Shown here piece by piece: positions 38,452 to 48,454 of a stretch of DNA of 64,000 bases. How positions within the stretch are numbered: the first letter of the stretch is position 1; each line of letters begins with the position of its first letter. Made by a program: the position numbers and the translations under genes. A model generated the notes under the pieces. The model saw only the letters and a program-made list of their open reading frames with translations, had not been told where the DNA came from and ran no database searches. Source of the stretch: Candidatus Dojkabacteria bacterium (GTDB taxonomy: Bacteria; Patescibacteriota; Dojkabacteria; JAHIVN01); assembly GCA_016932045.1 (NCBI GenBank), contig JAFGDO010000012.1, positions 4,195-68,194 on the forward strand, written 5' to 3'.

Positions 38452-39831
38452 ATGAATCTAAAGGATCTAGTTCCTCAATTTATAAAAAACTTCATACATC
38501 GCCTGCAATCAGATTGGGCAAACGTTAAGTATGGTTTTCCGTCAGACAATCTAAAGATAATTGGAGTAACTGGAACAGATGGAAAAACAACTACTTCTAC
38601 CATGATATATTCGATCCTTAAACAGGCTGGTTTGAAGGTTGGCCTGATAACCTCAGTTAGCGCGAAAATCGGTAAAGATGAATTTGATACAGGATTACAT
38701 GTCACAACACCCGATCCTTGGGATATACCAAAGTACCTCAGAATGATGCTTGAAGCCGGTATAAAGTGGGTCGTCCTTGAAGTAACTTCTCATGCACTTG
38801 ACCAAAACAGAATCGCAAATATAACTGTTGAAAAGGCTGTTTTTACAAATATTACTAAAGAACATCTTGATTATCATAAAACTTGGCTGGCATATGCTCA
38901 AGCAAAAGCTAAACTCATTCGTATGGTTAAGGAAGGTGGTGAAGTCATTTATAAACGCGATGAGATTGGCGGTAAATTTATTGAAAAAAGAATTAAAAGG
39001 AGTCATCAAGTATTATTACCAGTTGTATGTGATGATGAGTTAGTTAAAAAGAAAGAAGCTGCGAGGGAGGGATTAAAATTTAAATATGAAATTAATCGCG
39101 AAGAGACTGACGTAGAGATCCCAATTCTAGGCGAATACAATATCTCAAATGCTCAGTGTGCGATCAAAGCTTGCGAAAGTCTTGTTGAAACTAGCAGTAT
39201 ACTTGAAGCTTTAAAAGAATTTAGGGGTGTTTTAGGAAGAATGCATGTTGTTAGAAGAAAGAGACCCTGCCTTACAATAGTTGACTTTGCTCATACACCA
39301 AATGCATTAAAGAAAGCACTAGAGACAGTCAATAATCTGAAAGAAAAAGGCAAATTAATCGTGGTATTTGGATGTGCAGGTTTACGAGACAGGTATAAAC
39401 GTTCAATGATGGGAAAGATTGCTGCGAAACTTGCAGATATTGTTATCATTACAGCAGAGGACCCAAGAAGTGAAAGTTTGAAAAGGATAAATAGCAGAAT
39501 TCTTGAGGGCGCATTAAGTAGAAGAGGCATAGTACTAAAAAGATTTCAAAACAGGAAAGCTTTCAGGAAAACAAAAGTGCAAAATCTTAAAGAGAAGATT
39601 CAGGAGATATTCAAAGAAGGACGGAAGCCAGTATTTGTATTTGACCAGGAGAAGGTTTATTCAAGGGAGGATGCTTTAGAGCTTGCTGTAAAACTTGCAG
39701 AGAGTGAAGATATCATCATTGCTACAGGAAAGGGACATGAAAAAAGTTTATGCTTTGGTTCAGTAGAATATCCTTGGAGCGATTTCGAAGCGGTAAGGAG
39801 AGCTGTTAAACTTAGATATATGAAAAAATAA
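38452..39831 (+). CDS. murE: UDP-N-acetylmuramoyl-L-alanyl-D-glutamate--2,6-diaminopimelate ligase (MurE-type Mur ligase)
   Basis: P-loop IGVTGTDGKTTTS; Mur ligase middle and C-terminal domains; EDPR at the position of the DNPR (mDAP-specificity) motif. Confidence 0.8.
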   Translation: MNLKDLVPQFIKNFIHRLQSDWANVKYGFPSDNLKIIGVTGTDGKTTTSTMIYSILKQAGLKVGLITSVSAKIGKDEFDTGLHVTTPDPWDIPKYLRMMLEAGIKWVVLEVTSHALDQNRIANITVEKAVFTNITKEHLDYHKTWLAYAQAKAKLIRMVKEGGEVIYKRDEIGGKFIEKRIKRSHQVLLPVVCDDELVKKKEAAREGLKFKYEINREETDVEIPILGEYNISNAQCAIKACESLVETSSILEALKEFRGVLGRMHVVRRKRPCLTIVDFAHTPNALKKALETVNNLKEKGKLIVVFGCAGLRDRYKRSMMGKIAAKLADIVIITAEDPRSESLKRINSRILEGALSRRGIVLKRFQNRKAFRKTKVQNLKEKIQEIFKEGRKPVFVFDQEKVYSREDALELAVKLAESEDIIIATGKGHEKSLCFGSVEYPWSDFEAVRRAVKLRYMKK

Positions 39832-39955
39832 TCCGGAATTACTGTATTGTGTGGCGGCTGGTATAACACATATCTAGTATCTAATAACACATAACGGATA
39901 ACTGACATTGGCCATCATTAGGTAGAATATATATAATAAAACATAAGATTTTAAT

Positions 39956-40729
39956 TTGAACCTTGTGAAATTCTTATTCTCTGAATTCCAGCCTAATTAC
40001 TCAAACTATTATTTTCCTTATCAGGTATATCTTGTCAAAGAAGAATTGGACAAGATTGACAAGATTTATAGCTTGGGTTTTTTGCCTTCAAGAATGCGCC
40101 TAAACCTATTTTATCTTGCTAGAAGTTTAAGGGTTAACCTTACAAATTTTAAACCATCCAGCGAGAACAGAAGAATCAGTCGAAAAACTGAGTACCTCAC
40201 AATGAAGGTTCTGGACCTTTCTGAGTTTGAGTATCATTATTCAATCGGTAAAATGGGGAAAGATTTTTATAAGGAGCGTTTTGGTGAAGGGACAATGAGT
40301 GCATTCAGGATCAAGTGGCTTTTTACTAAGGGTGCTTGCTCTCATGTTTTGGTCTTTACTGACAAACAAAAAGAAAATCTAGTTATTGGTTATTGCCCTG
40401 TTATAAAGACGGAGAAAATTCTCCATTACGCTTATCCGTTTTATGATTTGTCTTATTTTGATAAAAATTGCGGTATGGGGATGATGCTTAAGGCTATTCA
40501 ATGGGCACAAGAAAAAGGATTGAACTATGCTTATCTTGGAACTTGTTATACTGAGGCTTCACTTTATAAAACCCAGTTTGAAGGCTGCGAGTACTTCACA
40601 GGTTTTAGCTGGAGCGATAACCTAGCGCGGTTAAAAGAGTTAGTAAAGATAAAGAGAGAAGGGCATATGTTTGCGGAGGTAGAAGATAAGGATGATCTGC
40701 TTAAAAAAGAAGGGGTGAAGATAGGGTAA
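39956..40729 (+). CDS. aminoacyl-tRNA--protein transferase-like protein (ATE/Bpt C-terminal domain-like, GNAT fold), putative
   Basis: YAYLGTCY...SLYKTQFEGCEYF resembles the Y-LGYYI / YK-xF-P-E signature of arginyl/leucyl-tRNA protein transferases. Confidence 0.4.
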   Translation: MNLVKFLFSEFQPNYSNYYFPYQVYLVKEELDKIDKIYSLGFLPSRMRLNLFYLARSLRVNLTNFKPSSENRRISRKTEYLTMKVLDLSEFEYHYSIGKMGKDFYKERFGEGTMSAFRIKWLFTKGACSHVLVFTDKQKENLVIGYCPVIKTEKILHYAYPFYDLSYFDKNCGMGMMLKAIQWAQEKGLNYAYLGTCYTEASLYKTQFEGCEYFTGFSWSDNLARLKELVKIKREGHMFAEVEDKDDLLKKEGVKIG

Positions 40730-40948
40730 AGCATCCTAAGTTGATATCAGCAAACAGCAAACGGAGATAAGTTAAGAGCCATTTGTATACAGAGACAAGA
40801 TACGGAAAATTATATCAGTCATTGTAGATTCTTGATTGTCCTTCGACAATTCGGTAAACTTATTGCAAGCAAGCTCAGTATAGATAGATTGATATATTGC
40901 TAGATGGTTGGATGGCTGACTTTCTACATTTTACTTTAAACTTTCAAA

Positions 40949-41473
40949 CTAATAGTCAATTCCCTTTACAGCCTTAAGTCCCTTGTCAAAGGGGTGCTTT
41001 GTGTTTTGCATTTTTGTTACCAGGTCTGCCTTTTCTACTATACCTTTTGATGCTCCACGACCAGTGAGTATAAGGTGAATTTTTTCCCTTCTAGCGTTGT
41101 CCATGAGTTTTATAATATCCTGTTCAGTAAGTAGCTTAAATCTAAGTGCTACTAAAATTTCATCAAGTACTAAAAGGAAGGGTTTTTTCTTTATGATTGA
41201 AGATGCTGTATTCAGAGCTTTTCTCATTAACAAGAAGTCTTTTCCTTTTAGTTTCATCGAGTCTGTAAGCGAACTTTTTCCGAAGGAAAATATTGTTAGT
41301 AAATTAAAAGGTTTTACTTTTGAAAGCATATTTAGAAGCCTGATTTCGCCTGATTTCCCATCTTTTAAAAATTGAACAATGGCAACAGGTTTATTATTCG
41401 ATAATGCACGAAGAGTAGTGCCAATTGCGGCAGTGGTTTTTCCCTTGCCATCACAAGTGTAGACTATTATCAT
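40949..41473 (-). CDS. cobO: ATP:cob(I)alamin adenosyltransferase (CobA/CobO/BtuR family)
   Basis: P-loop CDGKGKTTAAIG; C-terminal KHPFDKGLKAVKGIDY matches the BtuR family end; 174 aa. Confidence 0.8.
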   Translation of the reverse strand: MIIVYTCDGKGKTTAAIGTTLRALSNNKPVAIVQFLKDGKSGEIRLLNMLSKVKPFNLLTIFSFGKSSLTDSMKLKGKDFLLMRKALNTASSIIKKKPFLLVLDEILVALRFKLLTEQDIIKLMDNARREKIHLILTGRGASKGIVEKADLVTKMQNTKHPFDKGLKAVKGIDY

Positions 41474-41567
41474 GATTGTAATTTTAGCTCTTTGAAGGCA
41501 ATGTGTAAAATAGTCTGTAATCTGCAGGGGTGTAACTTTTAAGTATAAGGAGCTTAAGCCCCTTGTT

Positions 41568-42446
41568 TTGGAAATATCTCTATTGTATTTTTATGAAATT
41601 TCGTTTATTATCTTACTATTACTTATTTTATATTTTATATACAAATATATGAAGAAAGGACTTCCAATCGTAATTGTCCTTGTTCTTCTCCTTTGTATAT
41701 TCGTAGTTGTTGGTGGTGGTGCTGTGTATTACTTTGTGTTAAGAAATACACCTGAAAAGGCTTTTGACAAAGCCATTGCTAGCATAAATGAAGACTCCTA
41801 TGAGTATACATCAGAAGCAGAGATCTCAATGGATATTTCTGTTCCGGATTATCCGGAATTTAGCATGTCAATGACGATGACTGCTGATGGGGAGGGAAAA
41901 GTAGATAGTGCAAATGACAAGGAATACACAAAGTCAACAGTGACAACAGAAGGAGTTACTGAGACAACAGAGGTCTACTATATAGGAGAGGATGTATACT
42001 CAAGAACAGGTGACGATGACTTTAAAAAGATGTCAAAGGATGAAGTAGAAGATATAAGCGGTGAAACGTATGATGTCTACAAAAATCTTAGTTCTGATGT
42101 AGACTATACAGTTCTTGATGATGAAGAAGTTGATGGTGTAGATTGTTATCACTATAGCGTTCCATTAGATGAGACACTGCTTGAGGACTTTCTTGCTTCA
42201 TTCACTGAGACAATAGGAAACGATCCAAGTGTTACAATGGGTGATGTTACTATCAATGATGCTAAAATAGAGATGTGGGTGTCAAAATCCTCTAGTAAAG
42301 CTGTAAAATCAGTAATGATGATAGGAGAATTATCAGTAAGTGCTACAACATCAGGAGTTGAGATGAAAATGTCAATGAATGATCTTGAGGTAGCAACTAT
42401 GTTCATGAATTGGGGAGAAAAGGTTGATATAGAGGCACCTATCTAA
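41568..42446 (+). CDS. membrane-anchored protein, paralogous family member 2
   Basis: N-terminal TM; blocks EGKVDS, YYIGEDVYSRTGDDDF, CYHYSVPLDETLLEDFLASFTE and IEMWVSK are shared with 55256..56119. Confidence 0.6.
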   Translation: MEISLLYFYEISFIILLLLILYFIYKYMKKGLPIVIVLVLLLCIFVVVGGGAVYYFVLRNTPEKAFDKAIASINEDSYEYTSEAEISMDISVPDYPEFSMSMTMTADGEGKVDSANDKEYTKSTVTTEGVTETTEVYYIGEDVYSRTGDDDFKKMSKDEVEDISGETYDVYKNLSSDVDYTVLDDEEVDGVDCYHYSVPLDETLLEDFLASFTETIGNDPSVTMGDVTINDAKIEMWVSKSSSKAVKSVMMIGELSVSATTSGVEMKMSMNDLEVATMFMNWGEKVDIEAPI

Positions 42447-42526
42447 GTTTGATGTGTAAGTTAGTGGAGCTGTCTTAACTTTATCTACTATATTGATTGG
42501 TAGAAGTAAGTTGGGCGCTCCACTAA

Positions 42527-43951
42527 TTGTATTTACTCAGAATTTTCTTCATGATTAGTAGCGATCAAAAATATATTTCAATAATTTCAAGGTTTTTAGT
42601 TTTAATATTTCCACTCCTTTTGAATCTATTTCCGGGAAGCATTTCAGCGCAGGAAAGTAAAGTTCCAGAAGACTCATGGGAATCTCAGAGGGAATTACTT
42701 GTTCATAAGCCCGCTTTGGCTCAAGCTGTAAACATTGTTGAAGGCAGATTAACTATACATGAAACTCTGGCAAATTCTCTTGGTGCTCCCGAAGCGAGCG
42801 GCAAGTTCTATGCGTTTACCATCATATTCTCTTCTTCCGCTTTTTTTATAACCGATAGTGGGTATTTGATAACAAATGGTTTTGTTGTTAATCCTCCCCT
42901 AGAGACTATTGCGTATTATGCGTGTGAACAGTTATCTGAGGTGATATTTAAGGATGCGATAAGTTTGACATGGGAAGCTCTTTATGGATATGTTCCTTCA
43001 GAAGACGAGATAAATAACGCATTCAAAACAATTCTTAAGGAGACTTATGGGGGAGAAAAAGACGCGCTAGTTTGGGATCTTTACAAAACCAATTATAAAA
43101 ACGGAGAAATAATAATGGAAAATGTTAGTCGAAACTATTATATTCAAACAGGAAAGGTGTATGCTCAAAAAGAAGATATTGAAAAATATGCTAGTTCAGC
43201 AAAAGTGATAGATACACCATTTGAAGAGGCTTTTGATAATAGTAATTTTGCAATTATTAAAGTCGGGGGAAAAAATTATCCTATTGTTAATCTGCCTACT
43301 GAGAAAGGTGAAGGGTATAATTCAGATGAAGTATTTATACTTGGTTACTCTGCAATTCCTGATGAGCAAAATGGAGACTTGTTACAGACAGAGGAGGGAA
43401 CATTTCCCTCACTTATAAAAGGGGAGACAAAGAAAATGCAAAGGCTTGACGGAACCGAGTATGTTGAGCTTAAAGCAGAGATAGATAAGGGATTTTCAGG
43501 CAGCGTTATCACAAAGAGCAGTGGTGATGTAGTCGGTATTGCCGCATTTGGTTTGCAGAATGAGGCTTCTGAAGCAGAGTTTTATTACATGATTCCTATT
43601 GAAGATGTTTTAGACTTGATTGAGGAAGATAATTTAAAATTAAGCGAAAGTGATACAACAAATAAGTGGGAACAGGGTTTAGATCTTTATTCCAGCAAGT
43701 GTTTTACTGCTGCAAGGAATAAATTTGAAGAATCAAAAATACTTTATCCTCAAAACATTGATGTGGAAGCTTTTATATCGAAATGCAATGAAGCTATAGA
43801 AAACGGTGAGGATGAGTGCTTACCAGACTATACTTTGGTTATTGCTTTGGTGGTTGTTACAATAAGTTCTGTTGGTTTAGGATTAATAGTGTTTATAGGA
43901 GTAGCTTATGTCAAAAGTAGTAAGAAGAAAAAGCGAATAGCAAATTGTTAA
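42527..43951 (+). CDS. catalytically degenerate S1 protease homologue (pseudo-protease), C-terminally membrane-anchored; paralogue of 4826..8044
   Basis: Signal peptide; His motif is ITNGFVV (His to Phe); Asp motif is NFAIIKV (Asp to Asn); GFSGSV retains the Ser. The post-protease helical region and C-terminal TM are homologous to the 4826 protein. Confidence 0.7.
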   Translation: MYLLRIFFMISSDQKYISIISRFLVLIFPLLLNLFPGSISAQESKVPEDSWESQRELLVHKPALAQAVNIVEGRLTIHETLANSLGAPEASGKFYAFTIIFSSSAFFITDSGYLITNGFVVNPPLETIAYYACEQLSEVIFKDAISLTWEALYGYVPSEDEINNAFKTILKETYGGEKDALVWDLYKTNYKNGEIIMENVSRNYYIQTGKVYAQKEDIEKYASSAKVIDTPFEEAFDNSNFAIIKVGGKNYPIVNLPTEKGEGYNSDEVFILGYSAIPDEQNGDLLQTEEGTFPSLIKGETKKMQRLDGTEYVELKAEIDKGFSGSVITKSSGDVVGIAAFGLQNEASEAEFYYMIPIEDVLDLIEEDNLKLSESDTTNKWEQGLDLYSSKCFTAARNKFEESKILYPQNIDVEAFISKCNEAIENGEDECLPDYTLVIALVVVTISSVGLGLIVFIGVAYVKSSKKKKRIANC

Positions 43952-43987
43952 CTCGTAAGTCATAACTCATAACCGATGTCTCACAAC

Positions 43988-46540
43988 TTATATCATGCCC
44001 CTTTGAACTTGCTCCTTCATCCTCTCCACCTCATCTGAAAGCATTTGCGTATATAGACCAAGTCCAATTGCTGAGATATTTCCATGTTGTTCTCTTCCCA
44101 AGAGATTTCCTGCTCCGCGGATTTCTAAGTCTCTACTAGCTATTTTGAAGCCTGAACCCAGTTCTTGAGCCTCCAGGATAGCTTCTAGCCTTGCTTTAGC
44201 TTTTTTTTCAAAAGATATCTTCACACTTTTACCTTTTTCCTTTAGATCTAAATCTTCAATTTCTTTTAGTAAATTCTTTTGAGTGTAAAATAAATGACAA
44301 GAAGCTTGCCTTGTATTTCTTCCAACTCTACCTCTCAATTGATACATCTGAGCAAGTCCGAAACGCTCAGCCTTATTTATAATGATTGTATTCACATTCT
44401 TAATATCAATTCCATTTTCAATGATAGTAGTACAGATGAGACAGTCAAATTTATGCTTGTAGAATTCTCTCATGACCTTGTCAAGTGTAGACGGATGCAT
44501 CTGGCCGTGAGCTACTCTAAATGATATGTTTGGAAGTATCTTCTTAAGTTTTGCCCTCATTGATTCTATTGTTCTTACTTCATTATGTAAGAAGTATACT
44601 TGTCCATCTCTTTTCGTTTCTTGAACTATAGCTTGAGCAACTTTATTCCAATTAAACGGCTCGACTTTTGTTTTAATGGCCTTCCTTCCTGGAGGAGGGG
44701 TTGTGATTAGACTTATGTCTTTCAGATTTGAAAGAGCCATACTTAGAGTTCTTGGAATTGGTGTTGCCGACATTGAAAGTACATTGCATTTATATGCAAG
44801 CTTTTTGATTTTTTCCTTTTGTTTGACTCCGAACCTTTGTTCTTCATCAACAACTAAAAGATTCAAATCTTTGAATTTTACATCATTTGACAAAAGCCTG
44901 TGAGTACCAATTACAATATCAACCTGTCCTTTATTTAGTCTTTCGATAATTCTTTGGTTTTCTTTCCTGCTTCCAAAACGCGAAAGAGTAGCTATCTCAA
45001 TTGGATAGTTTCTCATCCTGTGTTTAAAGACCGAATAATGCTGAGATACAAGAATTGTTGTTGGGCACAAAACAGCAACTTGCTTATCATTTAATACTGT
45101 TCGAAAAGCAGCTCGTATGGCAACCTCGGTCTTTCCAAAACCTACATCTCCAACAAGCAATCTATTCATAGGCTTTTTTGATGATAAGTCAACAAGTATT
45201 TCATCTATAACCCTTTTCTGGTCTTCGGTTTCACTAAATTCAAATTCTGAAGCAAATTTATCTTCCCACTCATGTTTTATCAACCTATCTCCTTGAGCAA
45301 TTTCTGATTTTGCATAATGTTCAAGCAATTGTCTTGCGATGAGAATTACAGATGTTTTTACTTTATTCTTAATATTACGCCAAGTGGTTTTACCTAGTCG
45401 AGTGATTTTTGGAGGTACATTGTCTGGCCCTATATATTTGGTAAGTTTATGAACTTGGCTTAAAGGAACTGACAACTTGTCGCTTTCAGCATATTCAAGA
45501 ATTAAGTAATCACTGAGCTTCTCAAGAATCTTTTTTTGCTCAATACCTTTGTAAATTGCAATACCATAGTCCTCGTGTACGATATAATTATCTACTTCTA
45601 TTTCACCTTCAAGTTCTGCAAGATACCTATTAATCTTTTTCTGTGATTTAGCTCTTTCAGATGCTACAAAAATAGTTCCGAAAATTTCTCTGTCAGTATA
45701 GAAAGCAATTTTAAGTTTTGGGTTTTCAAAACCTGAGTTAATATGAAGATTGTTAAACTCTTTCTTTTCTGAGAATTTAGCTAGATTGGCAGGCAGCTGA
45801 TCCTTGTGAATGGTTTTTATCTGAATAAGCCAGCCTTTCTGAGTCCTTTTTACTATCTCGTCTTGTAGAAGATCAAGACGCTTAAAGAAAAGTGATGGAT
45901 AAACGAAATTGAAATTTAGAAGCTTTCCTTTTTCCTTTCGATGTCCAAATACAATAAAAGTGGGATTTATTTTATTTGATGCAGAAGTGATATTTACAGC
46001 CTGCATCTCAGCATCGTCCTCAAGTAAGTTTTCATTGCCAAGGCAAAATTCATCTAAACTATCAAGTTTATTTAGATAAATCTCATCAATCATTTCTTTT
46101 GATTCAAGTTCATTCCCCCAAAAGCTTAGTCTCAACGGGTGAAGATAAATCGATGGCCAGAAAGTAATTGTGTCTCCTTTTAGTGTGTATTCCGCTTGCT
46201 TCGTTACTTTGTTGACACGAACAAAGGTATTTGCATCGAGGAGTTTCTTTAGTTTTTTAAAAGTTAGTTTCTTATAAATGTTTAAACTTTCAAGATATTT
46301 TAATGTGTTTGAAGATGATAGTGTGGAATATATAAAGGCATGTCTAGTTATCTTTTCGAGAAGCCTAAGAAGCATTCTTTGTGTGTCTATAGTTGTTCCT
46401 GAAAGCGTACATAACCGTCTGGTTGTTTTACTTACCGGGGTATTAACAAACTTTATTAGCTTTTTAAACTCAGCACTTTGACTGATCTTGTTTTCAATTG
46501 TCACGACGCTATTATATCTTAAGAGCTGTGAAATAAGCAA
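43988..46540 (-). CDS. mfd: transcription-repair coupling factor Mfd (short form, 850 aa)
   Basis: Superfamily 2 helicase Walker A GDVGFGKTE; DEEQRFG; C-terminal TRCF domain (IRGAGNLLGREQHG). The N-terminal UvrB-homology region is shorter than in canonical Mfd proteins of about 1150 aa. Confidence 0.8.
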   Translation of the reverse strand: MLISQLLRYNSVVTIENKISQSAEFKKLIKFVNTPVSKTTRRLCTLSGTTIDTQRMLLRLLEKITRHAFIYSTLSSSNTLKYLESLNIYKKLTFKKLKKLLDANTFVRVNKVTKQAEYTLKGDTITFWPSIYLHPLRLSFWGNELESKEMIDEIYLNKLDSLDEFCLGNENLLEDDAEMQAVNITSASNKINPTFIVFGHRKEKGKLLNFNFVYPSLFFKRLDLLQDEIVKRTQKGWLIQIKTIHKDQLPANLAKFSEKKEFNNLHINSGFENPKLKIAFYTDREIFGTIFVASERAKSQKKINRYLAELEGEIEVDNYIVHEDYGIAIYKGIEQKKILEKLSDYLILEYAESDKLSVPLSQVHKLTKYIGPDNVPPKITRLGKTTWRNIKNKVKTSVILIARQLLEHYAKSEIAQGDRLIKHEWEDKFASEFEFSETEDQKRVIDEILVDLSSKKPMNRLLVGDVGFGKTEVAIRAAFRTVLNDKQVAVLCPTTILVSQHYSVFKHRMRNYPIEIATLSRFGSRKENQRIIERLNKGQVDIVIGTHRLLSNDVKFKDLNLLVVDEEQRFGVKQKEKIKKLAYKCNVLSMSATPIPRTLSMALSNLKDISLITTPPPGRKAIKTKVEPFNWNKVAQAIVQETKRDGQVYFLHNEVRTIESMRAKLKKILPNISFRVAHGQMHPSTLDKVMREFYKHKFDCLICTTIIENGIDIKNVNTIIINKAERFGLAQMYQLRGRVGRNTRQASCHLFYTQKNLLKEIEDLDLKEKGKSVKISFEKKAKARLEAILEAQELGSGFKIASRDLEIRGAGNLLGREQHGNISAIGLGLYTQMLSDEVERMKEQVQRGMI

Positions 46541-46664
46541 TGTTATATTGCTATACTGCCATATTGTTATGATGATAAATAGCTTGATAGGTGAGTAGCC
46601 GGATAGCTTGCTCCCCTTTGGCGGATAGGCCGTAGTTATAGCTCTTTCCCTCTACTTTTTACAT

Positions 46665-47336
46665 TCAGCTTAGTGAAGTACTGTTATCAAATAAAAGTCT
46701 TGACAGAAAAAGCTTAAGGGGTTTTTGTGAAGATTTATATTCACTTAAACGGGCTGTGACTCTTCTAAGTAGAAGGGTAGCCGTCAAACTCAATGCAAGC
46801 AATTCGTCAAAATTCTCCTTTGTCTGGAAGGTTAAATATATGTAAGCTCCCAATGCGAAAAGTGTCATTGTTGGAGAACTTATCCATTTCCATTCGATAC
46901 CAGCTTTACGTCTAAGGAGTGAAGGTACAATGGTAAGAACAAAGATGATGAAGGGGATTATCGAAGCTTTAAAGGTTAAGAATACAATTACGCCTAAAAG
47001 AGTTCCAACTCCTCTACCTCCAGAAAAGTTGAACCATATTGGCCAGCAATGACCGGCAACTGAAGCTATAGCTATGACAGAAAGCCAATGTTCATCTACC
47101 TCAAGATACTTTGCTAAAGCAAGAATCGGGATACCCTTTAGGAAATCAAAAACTGCTACTATTATGCCCCACTTTAGACCAATATTTTGAGCCACATTTG
47201 ATCCGCCTGCTGTTTGGTAGCCAATTTCCCGTATGTCTTCTTTTTTGGTATACCTTGCAACCAGTATAGCTGAAGAAACAGAACCCAATAAGTAGTTTAG
47301 TATAGTAAGAAGTAATGGAAGAAAATAATTTGTCAT
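46665..47336 (-). CDS. plsY: glycerol-3-phosphate acyltransferase PlsY (acyl-phosphate dependent)
   Basis: GGSNVAQN and FSGGRGVGT match the PlsY GSGNxGATN and FKGGKGVAT motifs; about 5 TM helices; 223 aa. Confidence 0.85.
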   Translation of the reverse strand: MTNYFLPLLLTILNYLLGSVSSAILVARYTKKEDIREIGYQTAGGSNVAQNIGLKWGIIVAVFDFLKGIPILALAKYLEVDEHWLSVIAIASVAGHCWPIWFNFSGGRGVGTLLGVIVFLTFKASIIPFIIFVLTIVPSLLRRKAGIEWKWISSPTMTLFALGAYIYLTFQTKENFDELLALSLTATLLLRRVTARLSEYKSSQKPLKLFLSRLLFDNSTSLS

Positions 47337-47387
47337 ATCTAAATAGTTGGATAGTTAGATAGTTAGAAATCAATCTTCTACTATATA

Positions 47388-48254
47388 TTACTCAAGCAAT
47401 ACACATACCCCCCAAACCTCTGGACCTAAATGACATGCTATTGCAGTAGATATTTGATTGTAGGAAACTACTTCAGCATCGAATTCTTCCTTTATCCTAA
47501 GATTTACTACTTCCATCAGAAAGTCATCTGATAATCCATAGTCATACATCACTTTTACAGTTGTAGCACCAGTACGCACTATATCTTCTTTAATTTTTTG
47601 TACAACAAGTTCAAGGGCTTGATTGTTTGTGCGTGCTCTTGCAACAGGTTCAAGTAATCCGTTTTTTGCTGAAATGATAGGTTTAAATGAAAATATATTT
47701 GCCAGCCATGCCTTTGCTTTGCCGATACGTCCATTTTTTTCTAAGTACTTTAATGTTTGTATAACTCCGTACTCAACTACTCTTCGCTCGTCACGAAGCT
47801 TTTCAAGGTATTTCCAAATTGCATTAAAATCATTTCCTTCGTCTGCTAAAGATTCTGCCACATAAGCCATGAATCCTTCCATTGACACGACAGTTTGAGA
47901 ATCAAATACTTGTATATCCTTTCCTTCATCTCTTAGCTTCTGTGCAGCTTTTTGACCAGCACTGAAAATTCCGGAAAGTTTTGAGGATGCTGCTATGTAA
48001 ATCCCTTGTTCATAGCCCTTCATAGCTTCCTGCATTGACTTTATCATCTCACCTTGTGGCGGAACAGCAGTTGAAGGTATCTCATCAAATGTTGACATGC
48101 TTCTTATAAATTCCTCGGCCTTGTCATCCCTATCGTCTTTCAGGACTTTATCTTTGTGAATAATATCTACAGGGATTAAAAAAATATTTCTTTGCTCAGC
48201 AAATTTATATGAGAGCGAAGCTATTCTCTCGGTAATTATTCTTACTTTGGGCAT
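47388..48254 (-). CDS. fakB: DegV family fatty-acid-binding protein (FakB-like)
   Basis: DegV architecture and length (288 aa); adjacent to a Dak2-domain protein and plsY. Confidence 0.75.
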   Translation of the reverse strand: MPKVRIITERIASLSYKFAEQRNIFLIPVDIIHKDKVLKDDRDDKAEEFIRSMSTFDEIPSTAVPPQGEMIKSMQEAMKGYEQGIYIAASSKLSGIFSAGQKAAQKLRDEGKDIQVFDSQTVVSMEGFMAYVAESLADEGNDFNAIWKYLEKLRDERRVVEYGVIQTLKYLEKNGRIGKAKAWLANIFSFKPIISAKNGLLEPVARARTNNQALELVVQKIKEDIVRTGATTVKVMYDYGLSDDFLMEVVNLRIKEEFDAEVVSYNQISTAIACHLGPEVWGVCVLLE

Positions 48255-48454
48255 TTCCTTTGCATAACAGTTTTAAGGTAGTGTATAACAGTGTTTTTAA
48301 AATAGCAAGACTAAAGCCGATTAAGAATGAAGGACATAGAAAGTTAGACCGTGGACGTTATTATCAGCTGAATAACTACTAATTGCTTAATTTACAATTG
48401 GAGATTGGTATTTTTTTTGATAGCTGTTTAGTGGCTTTTCACCTTAACCTACTT

